From assembly GCA_020184695.1 (NCBI GenBank), contig JAANOX010000245.1:186001-250000 (forward strand): a stretch of 64,000 bases of DNA, read 5' to 3'. Origin of the DNA: Histomonas meleagridis 2922-C6/04-290x (taxonomy: Eukaryota > Protista > Parabasalia). The position numbers and the translations under genes are program-made. Positions 45,731 through 56,909 of the stretch are shown in pieces. The notes below the pieces were generated by a model. That model was given only the letters and a program-made list of their open reading frames with translations. It searched no databases and was not told where the DNA came from. The stretch's first letter is position 1; every line of letters starts with the position of its first letter.

Positions 45731-48700
45731 TTAATCAAACTTATCAAAAGATGGTCTTTCTGTTAACAAATTTGCTCTATTTAATGCAGTCATTATTGAA
45801 TAATCTCTATATAAAACATCAAAATTAGCAAACGGACAAATAAATTCAAATGGAATTTTGTGTATTTTTTGGATGCTTGATAGGACAATTCCATTTCCAT
45901 TTATATTAGCACCCATGACTTCACTCAAAGGGTCGAACGTTTTATTCAATTCCTCAATAAACTTTTGAAATTCAGAATTTTTCAATGCTTCTTGAGAAAA
46001 AGTTTCTTCAGAATTATTTTCAATACTGATTTTAACGTTCTTCGTATTATCGTTTAACGGTGTAATTATTTGTTTAAATATTTTATATTTTGTAGTAACT
46101 TCATCGATATTAATTTCTAGAGGGATATTTTGAAACACTGAGTTATTTAATGATATTACTGTAACATTTATATTAGTTTTATCAAAACGATCGAAAATAA
46201 TAATAAAACAAATTTTATTACTAGCAACGAATTGTTTAATTTCATCAAATGAATGATTTAAATAAAACAATTTTATACTATTTGGAATAGTTTCGAAATA
46301 TTTTTTTGATTTAATAAACATTTCAGATATTTCGGGATGAAAGAATTCATTTTTAATTCTTTCTTTTTCTTTATGAAATAATAATTCACGTGAAACTTTT
46401 TTATTACTTAAAATATTAATTCGATTTTTATAAGCAATTGAACTTTGTAATAAAAGAAATTGATAAATTGCTCCATTAAAATCGGAATCAATTAAAATCG
46501 AAAATAATTCATTTGATACATCTGAAATTGTTTCATAATTTTGAGTTTCTAATAACATTGTTACACCTTTAATCAAATAACGAACGGAATTTTGCAGACT
46601 TACTGAATCAGTTGATATTAAATGAAGACATTTACCCAAATAAATAATCATTTTCATGTAAATTTTTTGCGGAATATTTTCGATGTTTTGCACAGTATTA
46701 AAATGAAGTATTGCTGCCGTTGGCGAAATGTTTTGAAGTGGTTCTTGCGTTTCATCAATTAATTCATTAAATAACGTTTCGTTTGATTTGAAAAGTGAAA
46801 TATCAAGTTTTTTGTTTCGTAATTGTTTAATCGAATCCGAATATTTAATGACAAATGAACCAAATAAATTTATCGATTCAACAAATTGGCATAAAAATGG
46901 AAACGATGTAACATCTGTTTGTTTTAGATAATTATTTGACGTGCTTTCGATTAAATTAAGAAGAAATTCGCCAATTTCTTTATACTCGATAATCGATTTA
47001 GGAAAATTAGAAGATGTTAAAAATTTCCAATAAAATGATATGATCAGTTTTATGGATGGATAAAATTCAATTGAGATTTTATTTTTAAATTCTTTTTCAT
47101 ATAATTCAATTGATGAATCAGATGAAAGATATTTTAAGGAATCAATATATAAATTAAATATTTTTATTCTTTCATAAATACTTAGGTTTTCGTGAATACA
47201 ATTTTGTTTAAAATTAATTAATAATGATTCAATGAAACCGTCCGCCTTTTCAATGGAAAATGCCGTTCTAAACCATTCAATCCAAAATTCAAGCGAATTG
47301 TTTTCACAGCATTTCGAGGATTCAATAAGATAATCAATTGAATTTTGAATTTCATATGATCGTGATTTTATAACCGCTAAAAATAGAATTAATTTTGATC
47401 GTGCTTTTTTGTCTTGAATTTTTTCGCATTGTGTTGAATAATTTATTAAATATAAAGAAGTTTTATATTCACCGAGTTGAATTAATAATTTGGATTGCTT
47501 TAAAAGTAATTTTGGGAGTTTAATAACATCCAAATTCTTTTCGAAATTTTGTTTTTCTAATTCAGTTAATTCGAAAGAATTCGAATAATTAAAAGGAGAA
47601 ATTATATTAATCGAATCCATAAAAAGTTTAAATTTCATATAAATATATTGTTCAAATCGATCATTTTTTAATATATGTTTAGAATATAAAAAAACATGAT
47701 ACCATAAATTCATTGTATAAAATTGTTGGCCCAATAATTGGAATATATCAATAATTTTTAAAAGGATTTTAACTAATTTATATGTTTTATGTATTGGATA
47801 TATTTTATGTTTTTCCAATTGTTGAATATGTTGTATCCAATCATTAATTGTTTCAGGTTGTTTCGAGAAATCATCAATTTTTATAACTGTTTGAGTTCTA
47901 TGCAATGATTTCTTTTCGCGTGAACTTTGTTTTGTTTTACTTGAAAGAATACTTTCTTCATCTTCATTCGAAGAAATGTTTAATGAAGCTGTTAATTTCC
48001 ATAAGAAATCGGAAAGATTTTTTATTTCATTTATAGTTTCATTTAATAAATTTATTTCATTAATTGTCTTTAATTTAAATAAATTAATTTCAAATAAATT
48101 TACAATCATTTTTTCATCATTTTCTTCTTTTATTATATTAATAATATTTTCAATTATTTGATTTATTTCATTATAATTATAATTATTATTACGTAACCAA
48201 AACGCATATTTTAATAACGATTCATAACGTTCAGTATGATCTTTGTTTTGTAAAACTTCAAATGATTTTAATAACGCCGTTTTTTGTATATTTTTATCTT
48301 TTGCTAAATCAGCTATAAATGACCAAAGTTTTGATTGGTATTTAGAATCACCTAATTGTTTAATTCTTAACATTTCATCAATTAATGGTTGCTCAGATTT
48401 ATCACATAAAGTATTTGCAGTAATGATTAAATTTAATTCCCATATATGACAATGAACATTTTTATTTAAAGTAGAAATTGCTAAATTTAATATTTTTTTA
48501 CTATTTACCCAATCCTTTTGTTCGATTAATGACAACAAATAATATCTAAATAATCTCACACGTAAAATATCATCGATTATAACTTTTTTTGATAAATTAA
48601 TTGCCTCAATTAAAAGGGATGAAAACATTGAATATTTTAAGTTTCCTTCATTAGATATAACATAAATAAAATATTTTAATGATTCTTTTGCATTATTTAT

Positions 48701-51334
48701 TGATTCAGATTTATAAAAATTTGAAGTTGCATGTAAAAAATCATTTGCTGAATCTAATCTTAATCTATTTTGACAAGAAAGTTCTTGTATTTCAGGTTGA
48801 ATTAATTTATAATAATCAAAACCACGATAAAAATAAGCTAAGCCAATATAATATAATTCATCTTTTCTTTTAGGGTTTTGTATAAGTTCAATAATTTTTG
48901 TTGATGAATCAAGTGTAATTTGATGTAAATCTAATTTACATGCACATTCTGCTAACAATGAAAATAAAATCGGCTTTTGTATATTAAGAATTTGATTATA
49001 TATCGAAATTAAAGCATCTGATTTATGTTGTATTTTTTCATTTGTTATAATCGTTGATAATGAAATTAATATATTTATTTCGGGATCATTAAAATTCGGT
49101 GGAAATTGATTTCGTTTTCCATATATTTCAATGATTCGATCTACTAATGCCTTTTTTTCATATATCGATTCGATGATAGGAAATGATTTTACTATAATGT
49201 CTTCAGCTGATTTAAGAATTTTTTGTTTTGTTGGATCAATCGAAGTTAAATTTTTCTTATTTTTTGATCCTGTTGGAATCATTTGTTGTTGTTGTTGGGG
49301 TTGTTGAGTTTCATTACATTGTGAAAGTATAATTTGTACATAAAAATTAACAAATTGGCCAATTAAATTTTTACATAATTTAAAGTCACTTTCAAATAAA
49401 AATGAAATGCAATCATTTATAAAATCGGAATATTCAATACAATTTAAAGGATTTTGTTTATAAAAATATGAATTCCAAATCTCAGAAATTGAATTATAAG
49501 CAAAACGATGTTTCTTTAAATTTTTAGAATTTTGTATCGAAAAATTTACAAATGAAATTGCGTCTTGAACATTATTAACATTAATACATGAACGAATTCC
49601 ATAAATTGTTGAGTCACATTGTAACTCAACTACAACATCATAAATAATTGGATCGAAGTTAAAGGATAAAAACTTTTTACATCCATCAATTGTTAATTTA
49701 TCAAAACCAACTTTAGATGCATTTTTAATTACTTCAAAATAAACATGAGCAAAATAAGAAGCATCAATTGGATCATAACCTAAAACATCATTCGATGGAA
49801 TCGAATTCAATAAGTCGATTGAATTTTGTAACGATACTGAATTGATTTTCTTTTGGGTTGAAATTTTTGAATAAGCTTCATCAATTTTAGTTTTTCTTTG
49901 ACCATATATATCAACGATAACATCCATCATATTATAATAAGGAACTAAAAACCTATCAAAAGGATGTATTAATTTTGTAGGATGATTAACAACTAAATAA
50001 TCTAATGTTAAAGCTTTTTTAAGGTTTTCAAGTGATTTTGTATTATCCTTTTCTAATTCGAATATTTTTGCAAGTATAAAATACATTTCGGATCTTAATA
50101 AATTTGTTTGTGAATTCACTTTACTTAAAATTTCGAGTGCTCCAATTATATATTTTTTAATTTGTTGAGGATTATTTAATACATATAAACAATGTGACCA
50201 TAGTAATAATGCTGAATCTTGTACAGTTACTAAATCGCCTTTGTACATTGCTAATGACATTGCATGTAAACAAGAATTTATTATTTCAATTCTTTCCTTT
50301 GTTTCAATATTTTTCTTTAACGAAAGTTCGGCATTTATTAATATCGAATAAATCCTTGCTATTGGCGATTTTGCAACTAAAACTTTCGAATAACAATTCT
50401 CTGCAAGTTGTTGATTGTTAAATTGGACTGCAAGTCTTCCAATTTCACCAATTATTATTTCTGCTTCATTTATATCTTCAGACGAATCTTTTTTCGTTGT
50501 ATCTAAAAAAGTAGTACATATTTTAAACGCCTCTAAAAGATCTTTTGGCGCGTTATTTGAGCGTGATGATTGATATATAATTATTGCTTTTTGTAATTGT
50601 TCATTTAAATCAAGTTTTGATTTTAATAATGAACTTGTTGATTTGCGTGAGAAATGAACATAGATATGAAGGAGCGAATAACGTAGTGATACATAACTTG
50701 TTGGAATTAATGTAAATAATTTTTGAATTTGTTTTGCTGATTCTTCAGATTTACCAGAATCATCTAAAATACATCCATGAAGTATGGAAAGTGAAATGTA
50801 AAGTCGTAACGTTGAATCAAATTTATTCGTAAGATGTGTTTCAAGTAATTGTATTGCAATGGATGTAATAGGAGATAAATGATGACGTTGTTCTTTGATA
50901 AAAAAAGGAAAAGCTATTTGATAAAGAATAAAAGATGCACGAAGAGAAAGTGGATTATATAGAGAATTTGATTGAATTAATTTCATTGCTCGATATAAAA
51001 AATCAATGGATTTTAAAATGCACTCAGTTGCTGGAACACCTCTTTGTGACTTTGATCGATGATAACAAATAAGAGATTGACAAATTAAAGCTCTTATTTG
51101 AAATTGATTTATTGGTTCTTGGAGTCGATTATACATTAATACCATATTTTCTGCTTTATCGATAATATGTTTTTGAATTGGTTGTGGTAATTCAAAAAAT
51201 CGTTCTGCTAATAATATATAAAGATCAGATCCATAAGAATTTCCATTTGAACTTAATTTATTATATGTATTAAGTAAAGTTTGTTCATTGAGTTTAGTAC
51301 TTTCTGTCAATAAAAACCTTATAGATTGTTCCAT
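45731..51334 (-). CDS. CFAP46: Cilia- and flagella-associated protein 46 (central apparatus)
   Basis: GSDLYILLAE, PINQFQIRALIC and QRHHLSP match the N-terminus of human CFAP46 (SPDLFVLCAE, PITQFLGRAHLC, YRHHLIP) as recalled; RSEMY...LKKALTLDY; 1867-aa TPR-like protein. Confidence 0.8.
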   Translation of the reverse strand: MEQSIRFLLTESTKLNEQTLLNTYNKLSSNGNSYGSDLYILLAERFFELPQPIQKHIIDKAENMVLMYNRLQEPINQFQIRALICQSLICYHRSKSQRGVPATECILKSIDFLYRAMKLIQSNSLYNPLSLRASFILYQIAFPFFIKEQRHHLSPITSIAIQLLETHLTNKFDSTLRLYISLSILHGCILDDSGKSEESAKQIQKLFTLIPTSYVSLRYSLLHIYVHFSRKSTSSLLKSKLDLNEQLQKAIIIYQSSRSNNAPKDLLEAFKICTTFLDTTKKDSSEDINEAEIIIGEIGRLAVQFNNQQLAENCYSKVLVAKSPIARIYSILINAELSLKKNIETKERIEIINSCLHAMSLAMYKGDLVTVQDSALLLWSHCLYVLNNPQQIKKYIIGALEILSKVNSQTNLLRSEMYFILAKIFELEKDNTKSLENLKKALTLDYLVVNHPTKLIHPFDRFLVPYYNMMDVIVDIYGQRKTKIDEAYSKISTQKKINSVSLQNSIDLLNSIPSNDVLGYDPIDASYFAHVYFEVIKNASKVGFDKLTIDGCKKFLSFNFDPIIYDVVVELQCDSTIYGIRSCINVNNVQDAISFVNFSIQNSKNLKKHRFAYNSISEIWNSYFYKQNPLNCIEYSDFINDCISFLFESDFKLCKNLIGQFVNFYVQIILSQCNETQQPQQQQQMIPTGSKNKKNLTSIDPTKQKILKSAEDIIVKSFPIIESIYEKKALVDRIIEIYGKRNQFPPNFNDPEINILISLSTIITNEKIQHKSDALISIYNQILNIQKPILFSLLAECACKLDLHQITLDSSTKIIELIQNPKRKDELYYIGLAYFYRGFDYYKLIQPEIQELSCQNRLRLDSANDFLHATSNFYKSESINNAKESLKYFIYVISNEGNLKYSMFSSLLIEAINLSKKVIIDDILRVRLFRYYLLSLIEQKDWVNSKKILNLAISTLNKNVHCHIWELNLIITANTLCDKSEQPLIDEMLRIKQLGDSKYQSKLWSFIADLAKDKNIQKTALLKSFEVLQNKDHTERYESLLKYAFWLRNNNYNYNEINQIIENIINIIKEENDEKMIVNLFEINLFKLKTINEINLLNETINEIKNLSDFLWKLTASLNISSNEDEESILSSKTKQSSREKKSLHRTQTVIKIDDFSKQPETINDWIQHIQQLEKHKIYPIHKTYKLVKILLKIIDIFQLLGQQFYTMNLWYHVFLYSKHILKNDRFEQYIYMKFKLFMDSINIISPFNYSNSFELTELEKQNFEKNLDVIKLPKLLLKQSKLLIQLGEYKTSLYLINYSTQCEKIQDKKARSKLILFLAVIKSRSYEIQNSIDYLIESSKCCENNSLEFWIEWFRTAFSIEKADGFIESLLINFKQNCIHENLSIYERIKIFNLYIDSLKYLSSDSSIELYEKEFKNKISIEFYPSIKLIISFYWKFLTSSNFPKSIIEYKEIGEFLLNLIESTSNNYLKQTDVTSFPFLCQFVESINLFGSFVIKYSDSIKQLRNKKLDISLFKSNETLFNELIDETQEPLQNISPTAAILHFNTVQNIENIPQKIYMKMIIYLGKCLHLISTDSVSLQNSVRYLIKGVTMLLETQNYETISDVSNELFSILIDSDFNGAIYQFLLLQSSIAYKNRINILSNKKVSRELLFHKEKERIKNEFFHPEISEMFIKSKKYFETIPNSIKLFYLNHSFDEIKQFVASNKICFIIIFDRFDKTNINVTVISLNNSVFQNIPLEINIDEVTTKYKIFKQIITPLNDNTKNVKISIENNSEETFSQEALKNSEFQKFIEELNKTFDPLSEVMGANINGNGIVLSSIQKIHKIPFEFICPFANFDVLYRDYSIMTALNRANLLTERPSFDKFD

Positions 51335-51370
51335 AACAGAAAGTATTAAATTTCTTGTAACGTATAAAAA

Positions 51371-52729
51371 GTGACAACCTGTTACGAACGTTTAAAATTA
51401 GAAATGAATGAACAAGAAGAAATTAATCATCTCATTCATCAAAATAGAAAATTAAAAGCAAAAATCATTGAACAAGCCTATGAATATAAAGAAGAAAAAG
51501 CAAGATTAAAAGCAATTAATAAATCGCTTAGGGAAGAATATGAAAGATTGCAAATTAGAAACCAAGAAACCATTGAAGAACTTACATCTAGAATAGCAGC
51601 ACTTGAAAGTGAACTTAATAGAACACAATACGAAACAAATTACATAACTTCAAGTGGAAGTTTTAACTACAATAGAAAAATTTCTTTTGCTGAACTAGAA
51701 GCAGAAGGTGCAAGGCTAGCAGAAGAGACAAACAGAATTATTCGTATGTGTTCAACTCCAAATACATCATATGATTTTTATACCACAACTCCTACAAAAC
51801 CAAGAATTCACCGAACTCATGCACCATCAATTCCCTCTTATCCACAATCTGCCAAAAAGATTTCAAAGCATCGGAAAAAGAAGAGATTAAATGATCATTT
51901 CATTGAACCAAATAATGAAAAAATCAAAACACAACCACCAAAACTCCAATCAGATCTCAGCAGCACATCAAAATATAGCACATCTAGTATCCCTATATCT
52001 CCTAGGAAACATGATTCTTCGGTCTTACATGAAAAAAGGGATGCTCAAACACCCACAAAACATCGAAAGCTAAAAACGCAGCCCAAAGAGGAAAATTATA
52101 AGGTAGAAGAAACAAAGAAACAAATTAAATCCGACCCAGAAAAAATCGACATGAAACCAATTCAAAAAGAAATAACCGAATTGAAAAAACCGATTCAAAA
52201 ATGTGAAAAACCAGAAAAACCTATTCAAAAAAATGAGAAACCGGAAAAACCGATTCAAAAAGAGCAGCCTTCCCAGAAACAAGAACTCAAAGACAGCACA
52301 GTTAAGAGCGTTGTGAGTTTCGAGACTTCTTCACAAAATGATCCATTTGACCCATTGAAAATATCATTCGAAGAAAACAGCACTATAGAAAAAGAAAAAT
52401 CTGATATCCCAACTCGAAGCAATCCACCTCCGGCAGAAACAGTTCAAGCTCAAAGCAGTGGATGGGGCTCAGAGTTTGATGGTGGAAGCATCGATATGAA
52501 TCTTGATTTTCAAGAAAGCATCATTGGTGAACCTAAAAAAGCGGATGAAAAGCTTGAAGAACGGGCTAAGCCCAAAGAGGAAGATAAAAAGATTGAGGTT
52601 TCTGATCACGAAAATGATAAAAAAGAAACTCCGAATTTTACTTTCAATGATGAAGAACATAGTTCATTTGAAATTAACCCGGACGATATTGTTTTCGATT
52701 TTGGAGATGGCGTTGATCCATTTGAATAA
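51371..52729 (+). CDS. Hypothetical protein (N-terminal coiled coil, disordered K/E/P-rich tail)
   Basis: 452-aa ORF; short EKPEKPIQK repeats. Confidence 0.7.
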   Translation: MTTCYERLKLEMNEQEEINHLIHQNRKLKAKIIEQAYEYKEEKARLKAINKSLREEYERLQIRNQETIEELTSRIAALESELNRTQYETNYITSSGSFNYNRKISFAELEAEGARLAEETNRIIRMCSTPNTSYDFYTTTPTKPRIHRTHAPSIPSYPQSAKKISKHRKKKRLNDHFIEPNNEKIKTQPPKLQSDLSSTSKYSTSSIPISPRKHDSSVLHEKRDAQTPTKHRKLKTQPKEENYKVEETKKQIKSDPEKIDMKPIQKEITELKKPIQKCEKPEKPIQKNEKPEKPIQKEQPSQKQELKDSTVKSVVSFETSSQNDPFDPLKISFEENSTIEKEKSDIPTRSNPPPAETVQAQSSGWGSEFDGGSIDMNLDFQESIIGEPKKADEKLEERAKPKEEDKKIEVSDHENDKKETPNFTFNDEEHSSFEINPDDIVFDFGDGVDPFE

Positions 52730-52821
52730 AGCAAGAATTAATTTTTGTGTAAAAACAGAAAACATTTTGAGTGGTGTGTTCATTGAAAAAGTACTGCAAC
52801 GTCTTTTCATTTTTTTGGAAA

Positions 52822-55800
52822 ATGGGACAAAACCAAAGTCAGGCTCCAGTCCAAAATAAAAAGCCTTCTTCGAAACAAACGAAGGAAAGCACACCACGGA
52901 AAGATCCAGAAATGCGTTTAAGTGCAGAATATATCAAAAGTCTTCAAAATCTTGAACAACGAATTTTTGAATTAAATGAAGAAAATGTTGAACAAATTGC
53001 GGATGGTGTCATGGAATTATTTAGTGATAAGTTCCCATGTACATCCAATCTTATTGTTTGTAAATTAATATTTTCATCTTTTGTTACTCAAAAACTTGAT
53101 TTTAATCTTTATTTCAGATTAATAAAAACAATTGATTCAAAAGAACAAGACATAATAAAAACGAATTATAAATTACTTGATATATTTACATGGTATTTAC
53201 TTCATTCTGAGACACAAGAATCTTATTATTTACTTGAAATGTTAATTGAACAACGATTACTTGATCCAAAATTTGTTAAGAATAAAAAGTCATTACATTT
53301 TGCACATTATAAAACGAGAGAAGAAATTAATATCTTAAAAGATAATGCACCATTTCATGAACAATTCTTTTCTGTTTATGACGATCTTTCACATGATAAT
53401 TGGAAAATGCATTTACAATTTATTCATGAAGGAACTAATCCATTAGAAATTGCTAAAATTATTCGTAAAGATGACGTCGCAAAACTCAAAGAAATGGCCG
53501 AATTTAACTTCGATCAAAATCAAATAATTGAACCTTCACTTTATGAAAGATGTTCTTTTATTAATAAAACATATGAAAAAATAACATTAATGGATTACGC
53601 CGCATTTTTCGGCGCAATCGAATGTTTTAAATTTTTAATGGAATGTGATTGTAACTTAGAAAACTCAGCAAAATATGCTGTAGCTGGTGGACATCATGAA
53701 ATTGTTCGACTTTGTGAAAAAGGTCATGCAACATTTAAAGATACTTATGAGACAGCAATTGAATTTCATCAAAATAATATTTTTCATTATTTATATCAAA
53801 ATCAAATTATTAAAGTTGGCGATTTAACTCAATTAGGAAAGAAATGTATTCAAAGCGGAAATTATACAATTTTGGAGTTTTTAATTCAAGAAGGAATGAA
53901 AGTTGATGATTCAATAATTGTTGAATTAATAAAAGCTGGAAATTTGTTCTTACTTGATCAAGGTCTTAGTTCAAAGCATTTCCCTAAAAATGCTATAGTT
54001 TTAGCAACAAAATCAGGAAATATTGAACTTGTTAAATATCTTATTGGGAAATATAGTTTTGATATCAATGAAACAGATATTTAATTTTTTTGATTTTATG
54101 TTTATTGATTTGTTTTAGTGTTTAAATATATTTTTTGGAATTTATTTAAATATTTTAAAACTGCACTTATTTATGCATCTGAAAATGATCTTTTCGAAAT
54201 TGTCGAATTACTTTTAGAACAAAAAGAAATCAACATTAATGCAAAAAGTATTTCTATGGTTTTATTTAATGTTTATTTAAACTTTTTTATGTTTTAATGA
54301 ATTATTTGGAATTTATTTCTATTTAATGAATCATCAATTTATTTTGCAAGTGCAAATGGAAATATTGAAAACGTCGAAATGTTACTTAAACAAAATGGTA
54401 TTGACGTAAGTCAAAGTACTGTTTACTTTTTTTATCTAATATTCATTAAAATAATTTAATGTTTTAACGTAATTTTTGGTATTTATTTAATTTGTTTTGG
54501 TCACCACTTATGAGGGCATCTGAAAATGGACATTATGATGCAGTTAAATTACTTCTTAAACAAGGTGATGTTGACTATAATGCTATAAATATTTTTTTGT
54601 TCTATTTAATATTTATTTTAATATTTTAAAGTTCAAATTTTATATTTGGTATTTCTTTAAGTTATTTGAATCTGCACTTTTACTTGCATGTAAATTTGGA
54701 TATAAAAAAATTGTTAAATTACTTCTTTCACAAAATGAAATTTATGTAAATCCACAAGATATTAATTTAGTATAATTGCTGTTTATCACAGTTTCATGAT
54801 ATTTCATTTTAGTATATGGAAATTATTTAAAAAATATATGACACCGCTTATGTATGCATCTCAATCAGGTTTCAAAAAGATCGCCAATAAACTTCTTAAA
54901 AGAAAAGATATTGATATAAATGAATCAAATGTCTTTCTTTTTTATTTAAAGATTATTTTAATCACTTTATGTTTTAAACAAATATTTGGTATTTGTCACA
55001 ATTTTTTGAAACAGCATTAATGTTAGCAGCATCATTTAATAGCGTTGAAATTGCTGGATCACTTCTTGAAAAAGATAACATCGATTTCAATGCTAAAGAT
55101 ATTTTTTAAATAATTTTGATGTTCATATTTTTAAGTTGAAATTTCATAAATTCATTTGAAAATTATTTTTAATGTTTAGAACAGCTCTTATTTGTGCAGC
55201 TCAATATGGGCATGCTGAGATTTTTAAACTACTTCTTCAACAAAATGGAATTGATATTAATGTTCAAAATATTATAAAATTATATTTAAAATTTGATTTA
55301 AAGATTTCATGTTTTAAAATTCATTTTGGTAATTATATAAATTATTTTATACACCACTTATTTTAGCAGCTGCTGATAATTATATTGATGTCATGGAATT
55401 ACTTCTTCCGCAACATGGAATTGAAATAAATACTCAAAATGTTTAATATATTTATAAGAAATATGTTTTCTTAATTTTGGATTTAATAATTTTATTTGGA
55501 ACTTATTTTATATTTTTGAAACAGCTATAATATGTGCAACTAGAAATAATCGCGTTGATGCTGTTAGATTACTTCTTGAACAAGAAGATATTGATTTTAA
55601 TTCTAATGATATAATTTTAAGTTATTTAATGATGATTTTAATTATTTAGAATTTTTTGATTGAGTTTGGAATTTAATATAATGTCATAATACCTCAATTT
55701 TAATTGCTGCTAAAAATAATTGTGAAGAAATAGTTAAATTACTTGTCCAGAAAAAAGGACTTGATATCACTGTGAAAAATGTTCAAACATTTCATTCGAC

Positions 55801-55929
55801 GTTTTTTATACTCATTTGAAATATATTAAGAAAATTTGGTGTTAATTTAAGAGTTTTAAAGTAGCAATGTCTTATGCAGTTGCAAATGAAAATGAAGAAA
55901 TCATTGATTTACTCAAGGGAGTTGATTAA
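52822..55929 (+). CDS. DUF3447 + 11 ankyrin-repeat protein (~785 aa after removing 44 elements of 17/18 nt); possible N-myristoylation
   Basis: ATG 52822 MGQNQS; raw ORF stops at 54084; ten 90-nt ankyrin segments plus a 69-nt last segment are all open; decoded hairpins are canonical; TAA 55927-55929. Confidence 0.85.
54079..55860 (+). other. Eleven diverged 80/81-nt cassettes, each 4 x (17-nt skipped segment + 1 codon)
   Basis: Spacer 80 nt in 9 of 11 and 81 nt in 2; GGA/GGT at the third micro-codon in 10 of 11; no stops in 44 micro-codons. Confidence 0.9.
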
Positions 55930-56045
55930 ATAGCTAAAAGAAGAAGTTAAAATTCTCTCAATAAAAATTCAATCAAAAATTTTTTCACATTCTCATGAAA
56001 AGTAAATAGAAAAAACACATATTCTTTAAATATATACAAAGTACA

Positions 56046-56909
56046 TTATCTTCTATGATTTGTAACAGAGGATTTTGATTGATATTTCTTCACATTTGCT
56101 ATTATATCGTTTAGAAGTGGAAGCACTGGAAAAGGACATTGATATTTTGAACAATTGTCTTTCATTATTTCACTGAATAATGAATATGCTTCTTTAGCAG
56201 ATTTTCTTCCACCAACTTTATTAATATTTATTACTGCATTATGAAATATTGCAATTAATCTTACATCTCTGTTATTGTTGTTTTGTATATGTTTTTCATC
56301 AGTTACTTCTTTTGCTCTTTCCTTTTCAGCACGAAAAGATTCTGACATTTGCAAAAGTTCTAATCGTTGCTGATCAATTAATTTACTTCTTGATTCAATA
56401 AAGTTTTCTTCAATTTTATTTAATCGCTCCTCGACATTCTTTTGAGCGATTGTTCTTGATAAATCTTTTAATTCCAATGCCTTTTCATAGTTACCTAAAA
56501 TTGCTTCTTTTTTAGCTGATTCAAGAATTTTAAGTTGTTGAGGAACTCCTCTTTTATTTTGCTTCATTTTATTTTCTGTATATTCCTCTTCAAGTGCAGA
56601 GAGAGATTCAAGATGCTTTTTTTGAATCAATTGGAATTTTTTATGGTATTTTAATTTGATATCTTGCAAATTTTGTTGATAATATTTTTCTATTTCTTTT
56701 GTATTTTCAATGTGATTCTGAAGGTGTTTTTCAAGCTCGTCTTCAAAGGCATCATAAATACGACTAATTTCTTCTCTTTTTTCAAATAAATGAATTTCTT
56801 GAATTCTTTTGTCAATTCTTTTAACTTCATCAAAATTAAATCTGTCTAGTTCTTTTTTCCTTTTTGTTCTAAGTTGAGCAATTTCTTCATTCTGTTCTCT
56901 TGATTTCAT
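56046..56909 (-). CDS. Hypothetical coiled-coil protein
   Basis: 287-aa E/K-rich ORF with YEKALELKD helix. Confidence 0.7.
   Translation of the reverse strand: MKSREQNEEIAQLRTKRKKELDRFNFDEVKRIDKRIQEIHLFEKREEISRIYDAFEDELEKHLQNHIENTKEIEKYYQQNLQDIKLKYHKKFQLIQKKHLESLSALEEEYTENKMKQNKRGVPQQLKILESAKKEAILGNYEKALELKDLSRTIAQKNVEERLNKIEENFIESRSKLIDQQRLELLQMSESFRAEKERAKEVTDEKHIQNNNNRDVRLIAIFHNAVININKVGGRKSAKEAYSLFSEIMKDNCSKYQCPFPVLPLLNDIIANVKKYQSKSSVTNHRR

Noticed and set aside
54079-55860. One continuous 68- or 71-nt intron per repeat
   Set aside because: No single cut restores the conserved Gly. Gly codons sit 20 nt upstream of the x codon, and plausible D/N/K/E/Y codons occur at 40 and 60 nt upstream.
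54079-55860. Stop-codon reassignment or readthrough making the spacers coding
   Set aside because: 80 nt is not a multiple of 3. Conserved genes here (RPL12, RPS27, CK1) end normally at TAA, and other genes end at TGA.
55101-55860. Coding WKLFKLF segment in frame with TAL (as shown by the ORF track)
   Set aside because: That frame has stop codons in 4 of the 11 diverged copies (55101, 55271, 55611, 55781).
54079-55860. 170-bp period as a nucleosome-positioning signal only
   Set aside because: It would not explain conserved Gly codons with synonymous variation, absence of stops at micro-codon positions, or variants shorter by exactly 17 nt.
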